Notes: generated by a model from the letters alone, not told the origin. A stretch of DNA of 60,647 nt, filler included, from Bipalium vagum (GCA_037834085.1; 3 parts of 3 records of this genome joined end to end with filler, not necessarily neighbours in it); one strand, 5' to 3'. Positions 12,309 through 25,299 are shown, counted from the first letter of the whole stretch. Numbers and translations are program-made.

Positions 12309-13620
12309 CAGTAAGGCCACACAAAATTTTTTTTACGTATAATTGACAACTAAGCCAAAATATTATACATAAATATTTATTATGCTTAAGTGATATTGAT
12401 AATATATCGAATTAATGAAAAGTTAGTGAATTTATATTTATTCGTTTTGCTTTTTAGATTATGGGTTATAAACAAGATATTAGTGATTTCAAAAAAGTTC
12501 AGATTGTAGCTCTGAAATCTAAAGGATATTCTCAGCGTGATATTGCTAAAAAGCTACACATATCTCGTTGCGTTGTACAAAATGCATTGAAAGCATGTCT
12601 GATGGAAAACACTTAAAGAAAGAATTGTCAACGTCTTCGCAAAAGAAGTGCCGTGATGATCTTTTTTTGAAATCCGTTGTTACGACATGTCCTATGACGT
12701 CGTCTGCAAGAACTAACGAAGGAAAGAGGCATTGACATAAGTGCACGGTCTGTACGTCGACGACTGTTGAAAGATTTTGGTATATTAGCAAAACGTCCAG
12801 CAAAAAAATCACTATTGACAAAAGCTCAAATAGCTGGAAGAATAAAATTCTGCAAAGAGTTGAAGGACAAACCAGCTGAATGATGTCATCAAGTTATGTT
12901 CACAGATGAAAGTACGTTCCAACAAGTAAGGAGTACAGGTTACAATTATGTCAGATGACCATCAGGCCAGCGGTCAACCCAAATTTACTATGAAAACTGT
13001 TAGGCACCCTCCCTCTTTGATGGTATGGTGAGGAATAACTGTAAAAGAAGCGTTTAGTCTACATATATTCCAAAAAGGCGAGACAATAAATGCTCAAAAA
13101 TACATAAGCGTGCTTGATAATAAAAGTCAAGAATCACATTAACAGTACAGGAGCTACATTTCTTCAACAAGATTCAGCTCCTTGTCACACTACAAAGATT
13201 GTCCGCAAATGGTTAACTGATAAGTTATCAGTGATAACATAGTAAATGTTCTTCCAAATTGGCCATCCAATTCACCGGATTAAAATGTTATTGAAAACTG
13301 CTGGTGTATTGTGAAGCAAAATACTGCTGCTCATCAACCAACTTCTGAACAGCAACTAATACAAATCTTGAAGCAAGTGTGGAGAACGAAGATAATGCCA
13401 AATTATTGTAAAAACTTGGTTGAAAGTATGCCTAGGCGTATACAAGAAGTACTTGATAATAAGGGTTATCCTTCTAAATTTACATTTATCAAATATAACA
13501 TTACGTAAACATTTAGTTTTAAATAAATCCCCTTGTATTACTTGGTCTGAATTTTATATATATCTTTAATCTTTATCTTTATTTTTTAATAGTGGTCTTA
13601 ATTTAATGGCCACTAAAGTA
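12309..13620 (+). mobile_element. Tc1-like element, decayed transposase
   Basis: ATG at 12461 MGYKQDISDFKKVQIVALKSKGYSQRDIAKKL (HTH), then FTDESTF, QQDSAPCH, WPSNSPD*NVIENCW and LVESMPRRIQEV. Weak GGCCAC-containing terminal inverted similarity. Confidence 0.88.
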
Positions 13621-13810
13621 ACTTACAAGGTTACAAAAGGCAGTTTGGAATGGATTATTACTGTTTGTGTATACTTACATAAAACATATAGAACGGTAAA
13701 ATAATTATAGAATAATTATAGAAATTTAAAGCAAAATAATATATATTGTAGTCAAAAGCAAATATGATTGTTGAAAATTGAAACCATTACACTGTACACA
13801 TTTCTCCCAT

Positions 13811-14144
13811 ACTAGTATGTAAAACGGTACTTTGAGGACAGGACCCCAACTTTTTTTTATTAAAAAACATAGTTTGAGGGATGGGCCTAAAAATGTGTTT
13901 TTTCTAAAAAATAACATCTATACAAAGACATGAAAAATAAAAAAATAATAAACATAAAAGTATATTAAATAAAAAGAAAAATATATGAAATATCTGAATA
14001 AAAATAAAAAACAAAAATATACAAAATTTATAAAATATGCTAAATGTTTAAAATACATTAAATATTTTATCACAATATTCAGGCCTGTTTTTTTAATAAA
14101 AAGGTTGAGAATCTTCTCCTCAAAGTATGGCTTTAAATACTACT
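13811..14144. repeat. ~65-bp imperfect inverted repeat with Maverick-like AGTAGT terminus
   Basis: Left ACTAGTATGTAAAACGGTACTTTGAGGACAGGACCCCAACTTTTTTTTATTAAAAAACA versus right revcomp AGTAGTATTTAAAGCCATACTTTGAGGAGAAGATTCTCAACCTTTTTATTAAAAAAACA. Confidence 0.7.
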
Positions 14145-14269
14145 CTTTTTAATCATTAAAAAATAAAAAAGGTTTACACAATTATTAAAAAATAAATAAT
14201 AAAAAAGTCAAAAAATCAATAAAAATAAAAATAAAGATATTTTTTCTATCAAAAATAAACTCAACTTAT

Positions 14270-15545
14270 TGTGAGATTTTTGAAAAAGATTGTAAAACTC
14301 TTGCAGATTTGATATCTCATAAAAAATCTAAATTACAATCTGATAAATTGTATGATTTTCAACCACCAAATAAACAATGTGATTTTTGTGGAGAATTTTT
14401 TAAAACTGTTGCAGCAAAAATTAGTCATGAAAAATAATGTGGATACAACCAAAATAACTTAAATAATCAAAATAATCAGTTAGAACAAATTACTTAACAG
14501 AATTTAGAAAACTTTAATAATTCGAATGATATTACTTTAAAAGTTCAATTTTATATATCTTCAAAGGATTATTTAATTTCCAAACAAGTATATGACGGAA
14601 ATTATGTTAGAGATTATTTATCTAATTTTCTTTCTAAAATTAAAGAATCAGGATGGAAGATTTTTTAAACCATTTGAATTCTCATTAAACTTAAATATTA
14701 AATTTTTTCTACCAACTGATTCAGAATATTTCACTTTAAAAACGTCATGTGTAGCAGGAACAATATTAACGATAAATAATATTAAATCAGAAAAAAAAAC
14801 ATTTTTAAAAATTTAGAAGGAATAGAAATTACTTGGAAAAGATTAAAAAATTCAGGATGGACAATTGTTAGTTTTTCTCATTTAACTCTTTCAATTGATG
14901 ATATAAAAGTTTTAAAGGAAGATCATATGTTGCTTTACCTTTTCAATCTCATTCAATTATTAATATTGAAAATAAAGATAAAAATATTTTCTCTAGTCAA
15001 TCATTTGTTATTTTATTTATCATCAAATTTCTCATCATAAAGAAGGAGTAAATTGGTATAAAGATTATGAATATAAATTTAATTATAAATGATAATTAAA
15101 AAAATGATAATTGATTATATTTATAAATTATATAAAAATTTAATTATAATGAACGAGATATGCCAATGAAAATAAATAATATTAATAAATTTAAAAAAGA
15201 AAATAACTTAAGAATAAATGTTTATATGATTGAATGTATTGTTCAAGATGAAATTGAATTAAGAAAGTCGTGGAGAACATATCCATTACATATTTCTTCA
15301 GAGGATATCGAAAATGAAAATAGAACAATATCTTTATTATTGTTCCATTGGTCATAATTTTTTAATTAAAGATTTTAAATCTTTGATTGGAGAAGAGATC
15401 GAATATAAAATTAATATAACTTTTAAGAATAAAGAATTTTTTATTTGTGAAAGTTGTTTATCAATAAATACTAATAGATCTGCTTATAAAAAACACTATG
15501 ATTTTTTATTTTAAACACACCAACAAAATATACTTTTCCTAAAAA
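14270..15545 (+). pseudogene. Maverick/Polinton protein-primed DNA polymerase B N-terminal region (relic)
   Basis: Recognisable segments SGWT, INIENKD, MPMKINNINKFKKENNLRINVY, YPLHIS..ISLLL, HNFLIKDF and FICESCL...KKH. These match the N-terminal extension of Maverick pPolB. Many stops. Confidence 0.65.
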
Positions 15546-15746
15546 TAAAAAATTATAAATATAAAATAAAATAAATATTTTTTTTTATATTTATGTTCGT
15601 TATTAATTTAAAATTAATGTAATAAAAAAATGTTTGTCCAAAAAATATTTTTTAACATAAAAAAATTTATTTAAAAATTAAAAATTTATTTTTAAATAGA
15701 CACATTTCAATAATTTTGAAAAAAAATTTTCCCAACATTTATTATC

Positions 15747-15788
15747 ATGAAACATGTTTCAAACTATTATCAGTTCATCACCAGTCAT
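15747..15788 (-). ncRNA. Degenerate minimal type-I hammerhead ribozyme (Penelope-associated)
   Basis: The minus strand reads AUGA CUGGUGA U GAACUG AUAA UAGUUU GAAA C AU GUU UCAU. This gives stem I AUGA/UCAU, a CUGANGA-like core with one mismatch, stem II, GAAA and a palindromic mini stem III. It lies 3' of the GIY-YIG ORF on the same strand. Confidence 0.6.
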
Positions 15789-16935
15789 TCATATTTAAAA
15801 CAACACATTTTAATTATCTAAACGACGGTTTAATTTTTAATTAAAATATTTTGTAAAATTCTGAATGGTGGAAATTATTATTTTTAATTTTTAAAAAAAT
15901 TCCTTTCTCTTTTGAAAAAAATTAATTTTTTTAAAAAAGAATTCTTTAAAAATTAATTAATCAGAGAAAACATTGACTATCCATTGGCTTTTACTTTCTC
16001 CAGTTTGAATATTGATCTCCAGTTGTCGCTCTTTTATTAATAACGATTCCAATATCTTCTGTTCATCGTTATTATCAAAATTATTCATAAGTATTCGAAA
16101 TTCTTCAGCATTAACTTTACCTTTCGCACAACACAATTCAAAGAATGATCTAAAACTTTACTCGTTCTGCTTAATTGCGAATTTTCGCTAATACGTGTTC
16201 TGAGGTGACGCTTTGTCTCCCCTATGTATAGGCTGTTACACCCATGACATTTAAATTCATATATGATATTAGCTTGAAATATTGCAGGTGTTGGCGTTTT
16301 AATTTTTAAAAAGCTTTTTGTTTTTGTTGTCATTGAAATTACTTTTAAATCGTCAAGCTCAACAGTTCTTTCTATTATGTTCTTGAATGTTCTAAATATT
16401 GTTGAAAAGGGTATTTTTAAAACGTTCTTAAACTCTTCTTTTCTATTTTCAATTTTCTTTTCATCTTTTTCTTTTCCAGTTATTAATTTGCTAATTGTTC
16501 CATTGATTATCTTTTCTACCTTTTTATCTGGATATGCATTCTTTTTCAACCTTTCTTTTATAATATTCAGCTCTTTATCTATCTCTTTATAATCTGATGA
16601 CTCTATTAATTAACCCTTTGATTAATCCACTTTTATATCTTTCTTCATAGTAACTATTGTTTGACGTATATAGTCCTGTATCCGTCTCTTTTCTAAATAT
16701 ATTGATCTTTAATTTATTATTCAAGTTTTCCTTTTTAATGATAACATCTAGAAATGGTATTTTTTCATTTCTTTCTTTCTTCATCGTGAAATTAATATTT
16801 TCATGTAGACTATTCATGTATTTTAAAAATGGATTGATGTGATTTTCACTTTCAAATATTAAAAATTCGTCATCAACATATCTTTTATATGCCAGTGGTT
16901 TACTTCCTTGGTAATTGTCGATTTTCATTTCTAAG
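15747..16935 (-). mobile_element. 5'-truncated Penelope-like retroelement (RT C-terminus + GIY-YIG endonuclease)
   Basis: RT motifs YKRYVDD, INFTMKKE..IPFLDV and FRKETDTG (16928-16587). GIY-YIG NIIYEFKCHGCNSLYIGETKRHLRTRISE (16549-16085), followed by ILESLLIK. Confidence 0.92.
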
Positions 16936-18425
16936 TATTTGTTTTTTTAGATTTTTTTAAACATTCATAATATTTTAAGTATTTTAAATATATTAATTTT
17001 TTATTTAATTTGTGAAATTTTTAAAAATTTTAACTTCTTCTGAGCCTGATGATGATGCAGAGTATTTTTGTTTATTTGTTTACGATTTCGACATGATAAT
17101 AATTTGACTTTAATGTAAAGTACAATTAGTACTTATGAATTATTTTGTGAAAACAAATCCAATATTGAAACCATGGCATGCAGCAAATAAAACTTCGTTC
17201 ATTTTTGACTCCAGTAGTTATTTTAAAGTCACTGGCACTACCAACAGTCATTGGCGGGTTTATCGTGATATTAAAATATTATTATTATATTAATTTATTA
17301 TCTTATGATTCCGGTATGATGGTGGGATCGTAGCGACAAATGTTGTTCTTAATAAAATTTCAAAAAGCACTTGATTTTATTTATCTTCTATAATATGAAA
17401 GGTAAGAAAAATTTCAATAGATAATATTTTTATCTGTCCCACAAATTATCAAAGTTGGAGACAATTCACATTTGCGGGAAATACTCCACCAGATATTTGA
17501 GCAGCTTGGGTCATAAGATTTGGAATATTATGTGGATTAATAAATTGAGGAATGAAAGGTATCAAATTTGTTGGAAATTGTCCATTGGTAGTTGTATTAA
17601 AGCTTTGTTGATAGGATTGAGATAATTAAGACAATTTTAAAAACTGTGGAAGAGAGTGTTTATGATGATAAAGGTGTTTGTGAAACTGGTGTGGATGGTG
17701 ATAAAATGAACCTTGTTCATCTTCTCATTTATAAAGTTGATATCATGCTTGACCTAAGTGAAAATAAATTACTGACTGCACACCAGATAAAGAATTATTA
17801 GCAACATTTTCAACTAATAACATTCCTCTTTTCAACATTTCATTAGATTGATTGCTACATTTACGAAGACCGTGTAATATTTGATCAAAATAATTGTAAT
17901 TAAGTTTTATCACATAATTTTTATATTTTTATCAAACTAATAAAGGTTAATAATAATTTTAATTGTGTTTTCTTGATACTTAAATCCATTTTCACTCAAT
18001 TCAGTTTGATAAACAAAAAAAAATTAGTTATTAAAAAAATCGCATCAGCTGTTAAAAAAAATTTTAAAACTTAGATAAATGTCTATTGTAATCGCAATTC
18101 TTAACACAAAAGAATTTGATTACCTCAATAAATGTTCTGTTGCTTATTAAGTGGCAGCCATTGCATCCTGGAGATCATATTATGTAACTTTGGTATTACT
18201 AAAATATAAGTATATTTATTTATATTTTTACTCATATTTATATTATATTTTGAAATTAAAAGCAAACTAAAACTAAAAGGCATTAACTATTTTAATAAAA
18301 AGTCAAACATGATTCAATTTTGAGATTTTCTTTCTTTTAATATTGTTTCTTTTGTATTATATCTCATCCAAATATCTTCTGGGTGTTTTAAGGTTAATTG
18401 TATACTATTCTCTGTGCATATGAAA

Positions 18426-19359
18426 ATAATTCAAGAAATTTTTTTATTATTAAAATTCACTGTTTTTTCATTTTTAAACTCAGTTTTCATTTATTTTCAT
18501 CATTTCTTCTTCATTTATATAATGTTGACAATAATTAAATAAATCATTTTCCTTATTTAAGGTATCTGTATCCCCAATATTTGATCATGTATAGGTATGC
18601 ATTTGTCTTCAATTAAGTAGTAGACTGGGGAATGAGTTGGTGTTCTGAAATGCCTAAGTAATTTACGATAGCATTTTCAGTTACCATTTTCCATGATTCT
18701 CTGATTAATAAAAGTAGTGCACCAGAATTTTAGCCCTGGTGCGTGATATTCTATGTTTTGGTTCTCATTTTCTAAGAAAATCTTTATATTTAGAAATTTT
18801 TTCTAATTTGATTTAAATGAGAAAATAATTCTTGATCCAATACATGTTTTTGGTGTTGTGTCAGGAGGTAGAAAATAAAATTTGATATTTGAATTTTTTG
18901 ATGAAACGGCATGAAGTAACACATTTTTAAAAATCAATTACACTTATGTTTTCCATCTTGAATATATCATTAATTTAATTAAAAATAAGACTTTTTATCA
19001 GTCTCTTTCCTCTAAACATACTTTAAATTCTTCCACAATGATTTTTGAATTTGCTAATTATTAAAGGAGCACATTTTTGCCATCTATTGCCACCTTTTTC
19101 TTTTAAAACTTTTCCTAGGTTTTTTCACTGCAAATTAAGATTAATATCTTATAAGGCAATAATCTACGAAGGAAGATGTTTTATCACAATTATTAATATT
19201 AGAAGTATCATACTCCTTTAGTTTATTAATTAATTTTTCTAGAGCATTCAAGTAAGGTTTGCTTCGCATCAAGCACATAATAATTCAAGAAAATATTTTT
19301 ATTATTAAAATTCACTATTTTTTCATTTTTAAACTCATTTTTCATTTATTTTCATCATT
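18426..19359 (+). repeat. ~79-bp direct repeat pair (18426-18504 and 19280-19359)
   Basis: Near-identical TAATTCAAGAAA...TTAAAATTCACT..TTTTCATTTTTAAACTCA.TTTTCATTTATTTTCATCATT at both positions. Confidence 0.85.
18640..19270 (-). mobile_element. pogo/Tigger DDE_1 transposase fragment
   Basis: Minus strand reads NIKFYFLPPDTT...LDQ and RESWKMVTENAIVN, matching the Tigger motifs FLPPNTTS.LQPLDQ and AW..V...TI.NC. Confidence 0.65.
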
Positions 19360-19429
19360 GTACCTTTACACAAAATAGAATTTCTGGTATTACCAATTAA
19401 CTTAAAAAACAAAAACAGTGATTTATTTT

Positions 19430-19508
19430 AAAGTTGAAGAGGTAGAAGTCTGATGGGGCCAAATCTGGGCTGTAGGATGGATGTCGGAGAACTTCAAATC
19501 CGCATTTA
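19430..19508 (-). mobile_element. mariner fragment truncated by gap
   Basis: Reads GFEVLRHPSYSPDLAPSDFYLF. Confidence 0.8.
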
Positions 19509-19608
19509 NNNNNNNNNNNNNNNNNNNNNNNNNNNNNNNNNNNNNNNNNNNNTTAATTAATTAANNNNNNNNNNNNNNNNNNNNNNNNNNNNNNNNNNNN
19601 NNNNNNNN

Positions 19609-19678
<70 letters not shown>
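19609..19678 (+). repeat. (AAT)n microsatellite
   Basis: Perfect AAT run adjacent to an assembly gap. Confidence 0.97.
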
Positions 19679-19681
<3 letters not shown>

Positions 19682-19899
19682 TTAATTTTTGTTTAATAAG
19701 AAACTGGCTGATAATTAAAATATATGTTTCAGACACGCTAAAACATATTGCTAATTACATTGCCAATTTTTGAAAGTTTTCTGAAATTTGCTTTGTCATT
19801 CAAAAACTGTTTCACACTAAAAGTGTTGAATGAATTATAAAATATTCTTTTATTTTGAGTTAAATAAAGCTTAAATTAATTGATTTTGAAAATCGATAA

Positions 19900-20840
19900 A
19901 CTTCCAATCATGAAACAAGCTTAAATAAGCATAAAATCATTAGTTTTTACAACTGAAAATTCAATAAATAACGATCTTTAAAATTTAAAAGAAATCAATA
20001 AATTGACGATTGACGATCAATTTCCAGTGAATTTAGAATTTCCTTTAACACGGTTTTGATGGGAAAATAGAAAAAGTAAATTTTGAGATGCACACGGAAT
20101 AAATAGGAAGTGGGTTAGAAAATTTTTCTTTTACTATTTGTGTATGTCTTAATTTATAAGCATTGCCGTGAATATTGATTGTATTGAATGGTAGCTCATA
20201 ACACCATCATATGAATGTTGTTTAAATCTGTGATGAGATAGAGAATTGATAAAAGAATGAAAAACTCATCTTTCGATTGGTCTGCTTATAATTAACTATT
20301 GTATTTGAATTAAATTATTCTGCATTTCTATATAGAAATCATAATCATGTCAACCAGATAAGGTTTGTAAGAGTCGCTTGTGAACACAAATAAATAGTTG
20401 TATCATTGCATTGTCAACTTAAATGTTTTCAATATTATCAGTTTTTCTTTAGGCTTAATTTCATATCTCAAAATAACAAAAGATTAACCGTTTTCTATGA
20501 AAGAATCCCACACAATTCATGCACTAAAAACATGTCATTACAATATCTAAAATAGACTGAATAGAGCCGTTTTACTCCATGATAATGTTCGATCTCACGT
20601 TCCTTGTGTCGAGGAAATGGTGGAAAATTTTTCAACTGATTACCAGATTTTTTATTGATAGGACATTGATTTTGTAAACATGGATCTTACGATTTTGTCG
20701 AGGCCAATAGGTCAATGTTTATTAGTGCCTTTAATTCTCGCTAAGACAATAGAACAAAAAAGATGAAAATTTTCGGGTAATGAGTACAGAATTTTGTGCA
20801 TTTTGTAAAATAAAGTTGCTTTTTGTCATAGAAATCATAA
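19900..20840 (+). mobile_element. Highly decayed mariner element
   Basis: NRAVLLHDNVRSHV at ~20560-20600 plus C-terminal-like remnants. Confidence 0.5.
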
Positions 20841-20864
20841 TGTTTCATCTGTAATATAACATAT

Positions 20865-21120
20865 TCATCTGGGAATAGCCGTCCATTTATATAGGCGTTG
20901 AGATTGGATACGATCACCAATCTCCACGCTCGAATGGCGATTCCGAACGGTTATTACCCAGAATAGCTCTTAATTTCTAATTCTGTCTCCATGCCGAGAC
21001 AGAATTGAAACAAAATTTCATCACACCGACGATGAAGCTATATTATTAATCAAAATGGCATCTCCATTAATATCCCCTTTTTAATACTACGACGATGGAG
21101 CTAAATTATTAATTAAAATG
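20865..21120 (-). repeat. Diverged LTR-like repeat (family A)
   Basis: CTGGGAATAGC..TTTATATAG..GAGATTGG.TACGATCACCAATC shared with ~49047-49105 and, in revcomp, with ~27440-27500. Confidence 0.6.
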
Positions 21121-22489
21121 ATTTTTCGTTTTTACAAAAAAAATATTATTATTATTATCCAGAACCCAACAATATTAATAAAATATATATCTTGATTTAT
21201 CAAGAAAATCGAAGTAACTTTACGAAGAACTTAATATTATAAAAATTTTAAATAATAATGAAACTTGTTCAAAGAGTTTCTTCTCCCATCACCGGCTGCA
21301 AAATTGAATGAATTTAAGGAAAAAGGGTAAAATACAATAATTAGGTAATATAATAATATTAAATATTTTTAATATTAATCATTTCCAGGATCCTTAATGA
21401 CTTGCTGAAAAATTAATTAATTTTTTTAAAACCATTTCTAAAGGAAATGTTGAATGAAAGATTTTATTTGTTTGATTCGTATGTGTGAAATCTTTAAAAG
21501 AAATACGGGTTAAAAGTTTTATTGCTCGATTACTTTTCCAGATTATGGCTTTTGTGATTGAAGGAAGACGTAAAAAACCGAGAGAAAGGCGTGCTACAGG
21601 AAGCGAAGGAATTAAGGTGACATACACATCTCTTGATTCCGATGATAAGGAGGTTGGAAAGGATAACTTTAAATATGTGTTTTAGACCGCACATTTTAAC
21701 CATCAAAACTGTGGTTTCACAAGCCTTATTTTGTAAATTTAAAAAGTCGTACCAATGTCGATTAGTAAAATGATCTCGAGTTTTTTGAGTTTTTTCTGTC
21801 TGTTGCAAATTTTCATATTTATTGATTATTATGGGAATTTAAATTTACTAAAACTTTAGTTTTTCAATACTCATCGTGTTTTGATTCCGAAGGATCTTTT
21901 ATTTAACAATTTTTATATTTTAAGGTTTAAGACTTATAACACTCGTATTCTTAGAAATGTGATGATATATAAAAATTTAGTAACTATTTTAAATGAGAAA
22001 TTCGGATAATATTAATAAAATTTATTCATGATGTAACGAAAACGAAATTAATAATAATTTATCTACTCATTTTATAACATTTATCTCGATACCTAAATTT
22101 TATATTGAACTCAAACTGTTCTAAAAAAAAGAAAGATTTCAATTACCAACGACTCATCAAAAAGTCAAATTAAATAACTTCAAAATTTATAAACATAAAA
22201 TAAAAAGAAAAGAATTTTTAATTATAAATTTAATTTGATAAAAAATCGAACTTTTAAACTACAAGATTTCTTTTCATTACTGGTAAAAGTAATTTTTAAT
22301 ATTGGTTGTTTTAAATAAATTCACTTTTAATCTATTTATTAATAGAATGATCTTTAATGCTTTATATATGATAACCAGGGAAATTTTAAAATGGTATTTA
22401 TTCAGTAAAAATAAATAAAATGGAACTTATTATTAAAAAGTGGCATTTAAAAATGTCAAAAAGTAGGTCACATAAGTCGAAGATACCCG

Positions 22490-23260
22490 GAAAAAAAGAA
22501 ATCGTGTTACGCATGTGGATCTGATCAGCACCTGAGAAGTCAGTGATAAGATGTACGAGATTTGATAGGAATGGACACCGTACAGAGGAATGTCACACAA
22601 ATTTGAGACAGCAGCCTTACAGTCAAGGAAATGACAACTTATTTTTTAACCGGAGAAGCAATGCAAACAAGATATGATGGGAACAACGGGTTTTCAAACT
22701 TTTGTAGAAGGACAAGAGGTAATAATGGATATCACAGAGCAAAGAACACTGGGTAGGTAAATGGAAATGCAGAAGAAGAAGACTATGTAGTAAGAGGAGA
22801 CAAGATATACTATTTTAATAAAGAAACAAACAGTTACAGAGAGGAGGATCCAGAAGAGCAGGCTCCATCCGAAGTCGAGTTGATTGGAGCTCTAAACTAG
22901 ATACCAGTTCAGATTGCTATATTTATAATAGAAGTAATTTTATCAATATTATAAAAGATGAAGAGAAAGTTGATAGAAAAATATGTGCTTTCATAAAGAA
23001 AGATAGTTGTAATAAGGATATGATTGATGCGAATAGATTAATGGCCATAGAAGACACCGATAAAGTGAAGATAAAGTATGACATTATGCAAGGTAGACCT
23101 AATGTTGAGGTTAAAATTCAAGGAAAGTTCTTTGAATGCTTATTAGACACAGGAGCAAAGATAAATCTGATGAGTCAATATATATTTAGAAGATTGAATA
23201 ATGTAGAACTTGTGGGTTGAAAAGATGTGTTAAACTGCGCGATTAATGGCAGCTTTAACA
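22490..23260 (+). mobile_element. Ty3/Gypsy gag zinc knuckles + aspartic protease relic
   Basis: Two CCHC knuckles (CYACGSDQHLRSQ*, CTRFDRNGHRTEEC) and the protease GRPNVEVKIQGKFFECLLDTGAKINLMS. Confidence 0.85.
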
Positions 23261-23269
23261 GGAATAGGA

Positions 23270-24320
23270 ATAGTATTATCAATTTTTATACCCGTTGGTA
23301 CTGGAATTTTTGGTGCTATATATTTATTTATTGGAAAAACAATTAATATAAGAATTACCTCAAAAAGAAAAAAGATATAAAGAAATTTGTGAAACTATAG
23401 AAGCGTCAATTAATAAACATTTTTTTCAATTTCAATTAAAAGCATTAGAATATAAAATATTATCTAATGAAGAGATTAAGCAGTCAAAAATAATCTTTAA
23501 TGGATGTAAAGAAAGTATTTTAAAAATTAAAATTGGAAATGTTTTTGAAAATGTTCAAAAAGAAGAAAAAAAAGAATTGAAGTAAGAAATGAAAAAAGAT
23601 CTTAAAGCGAAGATAAAAACGATACAAAGCGTCAGCTAAGGTAACAAGAGGTCAAGTGTTAAATCTAGAACATCTTTGATGATCAATTTATAAAAATATT
23701 TTCAAAAATGAGTAAAATATATAATAAGAAAATACATTCGAAGTCTTTTATAAACCGACGCTCTCTTTTTGAGTTAAACAAAATTTTATATTTATTTCAA
23801 ATTTATCCCGAATTAAAAAATATTAATTTTGATTCCAAGATATTTATGATTTTTTAGAATACTTGGAATTTCCATGGTAGTTCTAATTTTTATTTTATTT
23901 CTAAAAAAATGAATCCAAAACAAAATATAAACAATAATAAAGAAGAAATTGAAATATTAAAAAAACTAATAGCAAAGGAGAAGGAATATAATAATAAGAT
24001 AACAAACCAATGGAAGTTACAAAATAGAATAGAACAAGATTTATCAAATTTTCATAAACCAGTTGTAGATAAATTAGAAGAAAATATTAAAAATTTAAAA
24101 GATGTAAAAAAGGTTAGCAAAGATGAGAAAGCATCAACAGAGAAAAATTTAAAATAAAACATAAAGAAGACATGGAGAAAGTTGACGAAAAAATTGATGA
24201 AGAAAAATTGTTTACTCAAAAATCTAATCCGCCTCCTAAATATGAAGATGTTAATTTTTTCGAAAATTTTTAAATTAATCCAGATTTACCAAATACTCTA
24301 AGACCTGTAATGATTACATG
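23270..24320 (+). mobile_element. Maverick-like accessory gene module relic (copy 1)
   Basis: Membrane-protein C-terminal half (..IFIPVGTGIFGAIYLFI..KEICETIEASINK..FQLKALE) and ORF 23909-24157 (NQWK...DLSNFHKPVVD). Both are homologous to 30725-32031. Confidence 0.6.
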
Positions 24321-25299
24321 TCTGATTTTATCTATAATTGTTTAGCGAAAGAATTACCGTATAAATATAAAATACACTTTGGAGACACAGATAGTGTTTT
24401 TGTAGAGTTTATATTAGATAACAATGAAATAATCTAGTGTGGAAAAATATAATGATTAATAAACATCTGAACTAATGTTTTTATCAGTCATTATTTTAGG
24501 TACTTGTTTAAACATCCTTTATTCTTGATTAGAATATTTTGTCTTATCTAATATGTTAAATATTTCTGATAAACTTTGTTTATTACTATTTATTTTTGAT
24601 TTAATTTCTGGAAAGTCATTATTTATCTTGTCTATCTTTTCGTGATCATTTAATTTATAACATGAAATTAAATCATTCATTTTATAAAAGAATAATTTGA
24701 CTTTAACAAATTTAAGTTAACATTTATATATTAAAAATGAACCAAATATTAAAAGAAAAATACAAAAATATGATTTTAAAGAACATGGTATATCTAGTTT
24801 CTCTAATGAAAAAAATATGTGTTAAAAAACAGTACAAAAATACGTTATAGAATTAAATATTCTATATAACAATAAACAGGTTATTTTTTATAGAAAAAGA
24901 ATTAATGGAAAATATACATTTGAATCTTATGACTCAAGGACTAGACCTAACTTGCGAACTACCAATTCGTTGTCTACTCGGTAATAATGAAGCTATTGTG
25001 TCATGAATGAATGAAATAACATTTTTAAAAACGAAAAACTTTCTGATTGGAACAAAAGAAAATATAAAGAAATTGGATTAGAATAATTTTGAATGTTAAT
25101 TTTGTATTATGGTACAGTAATTTGTATGGTATGGTAAATTAGTCTTTTATGAAGTGGTTAATTTTCTGAAAATTTTTCATATATTAAAACAACATAATTT
25201 CAATTTCCAATAATGAAAGTTAAATTAAATCGTTATGCAGAAATATATAGAAAATTATTCAGAAATATATAGAAAAATATTCAGAAAATATAGTAGAAA

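Noticed and set aside
19509-19608. TTAATTAATTAA embedded in N-runs (also at 44805-44816)
   Set aside because: An identical all-frame-stop linker inside 100-nt gaps is an assembly/scaffolding artefact, not biology.
21394-21808. Cluster of overlapping short ORFs on both strands
   Set aside because: No convincing family motif; possibly retroelement debris.
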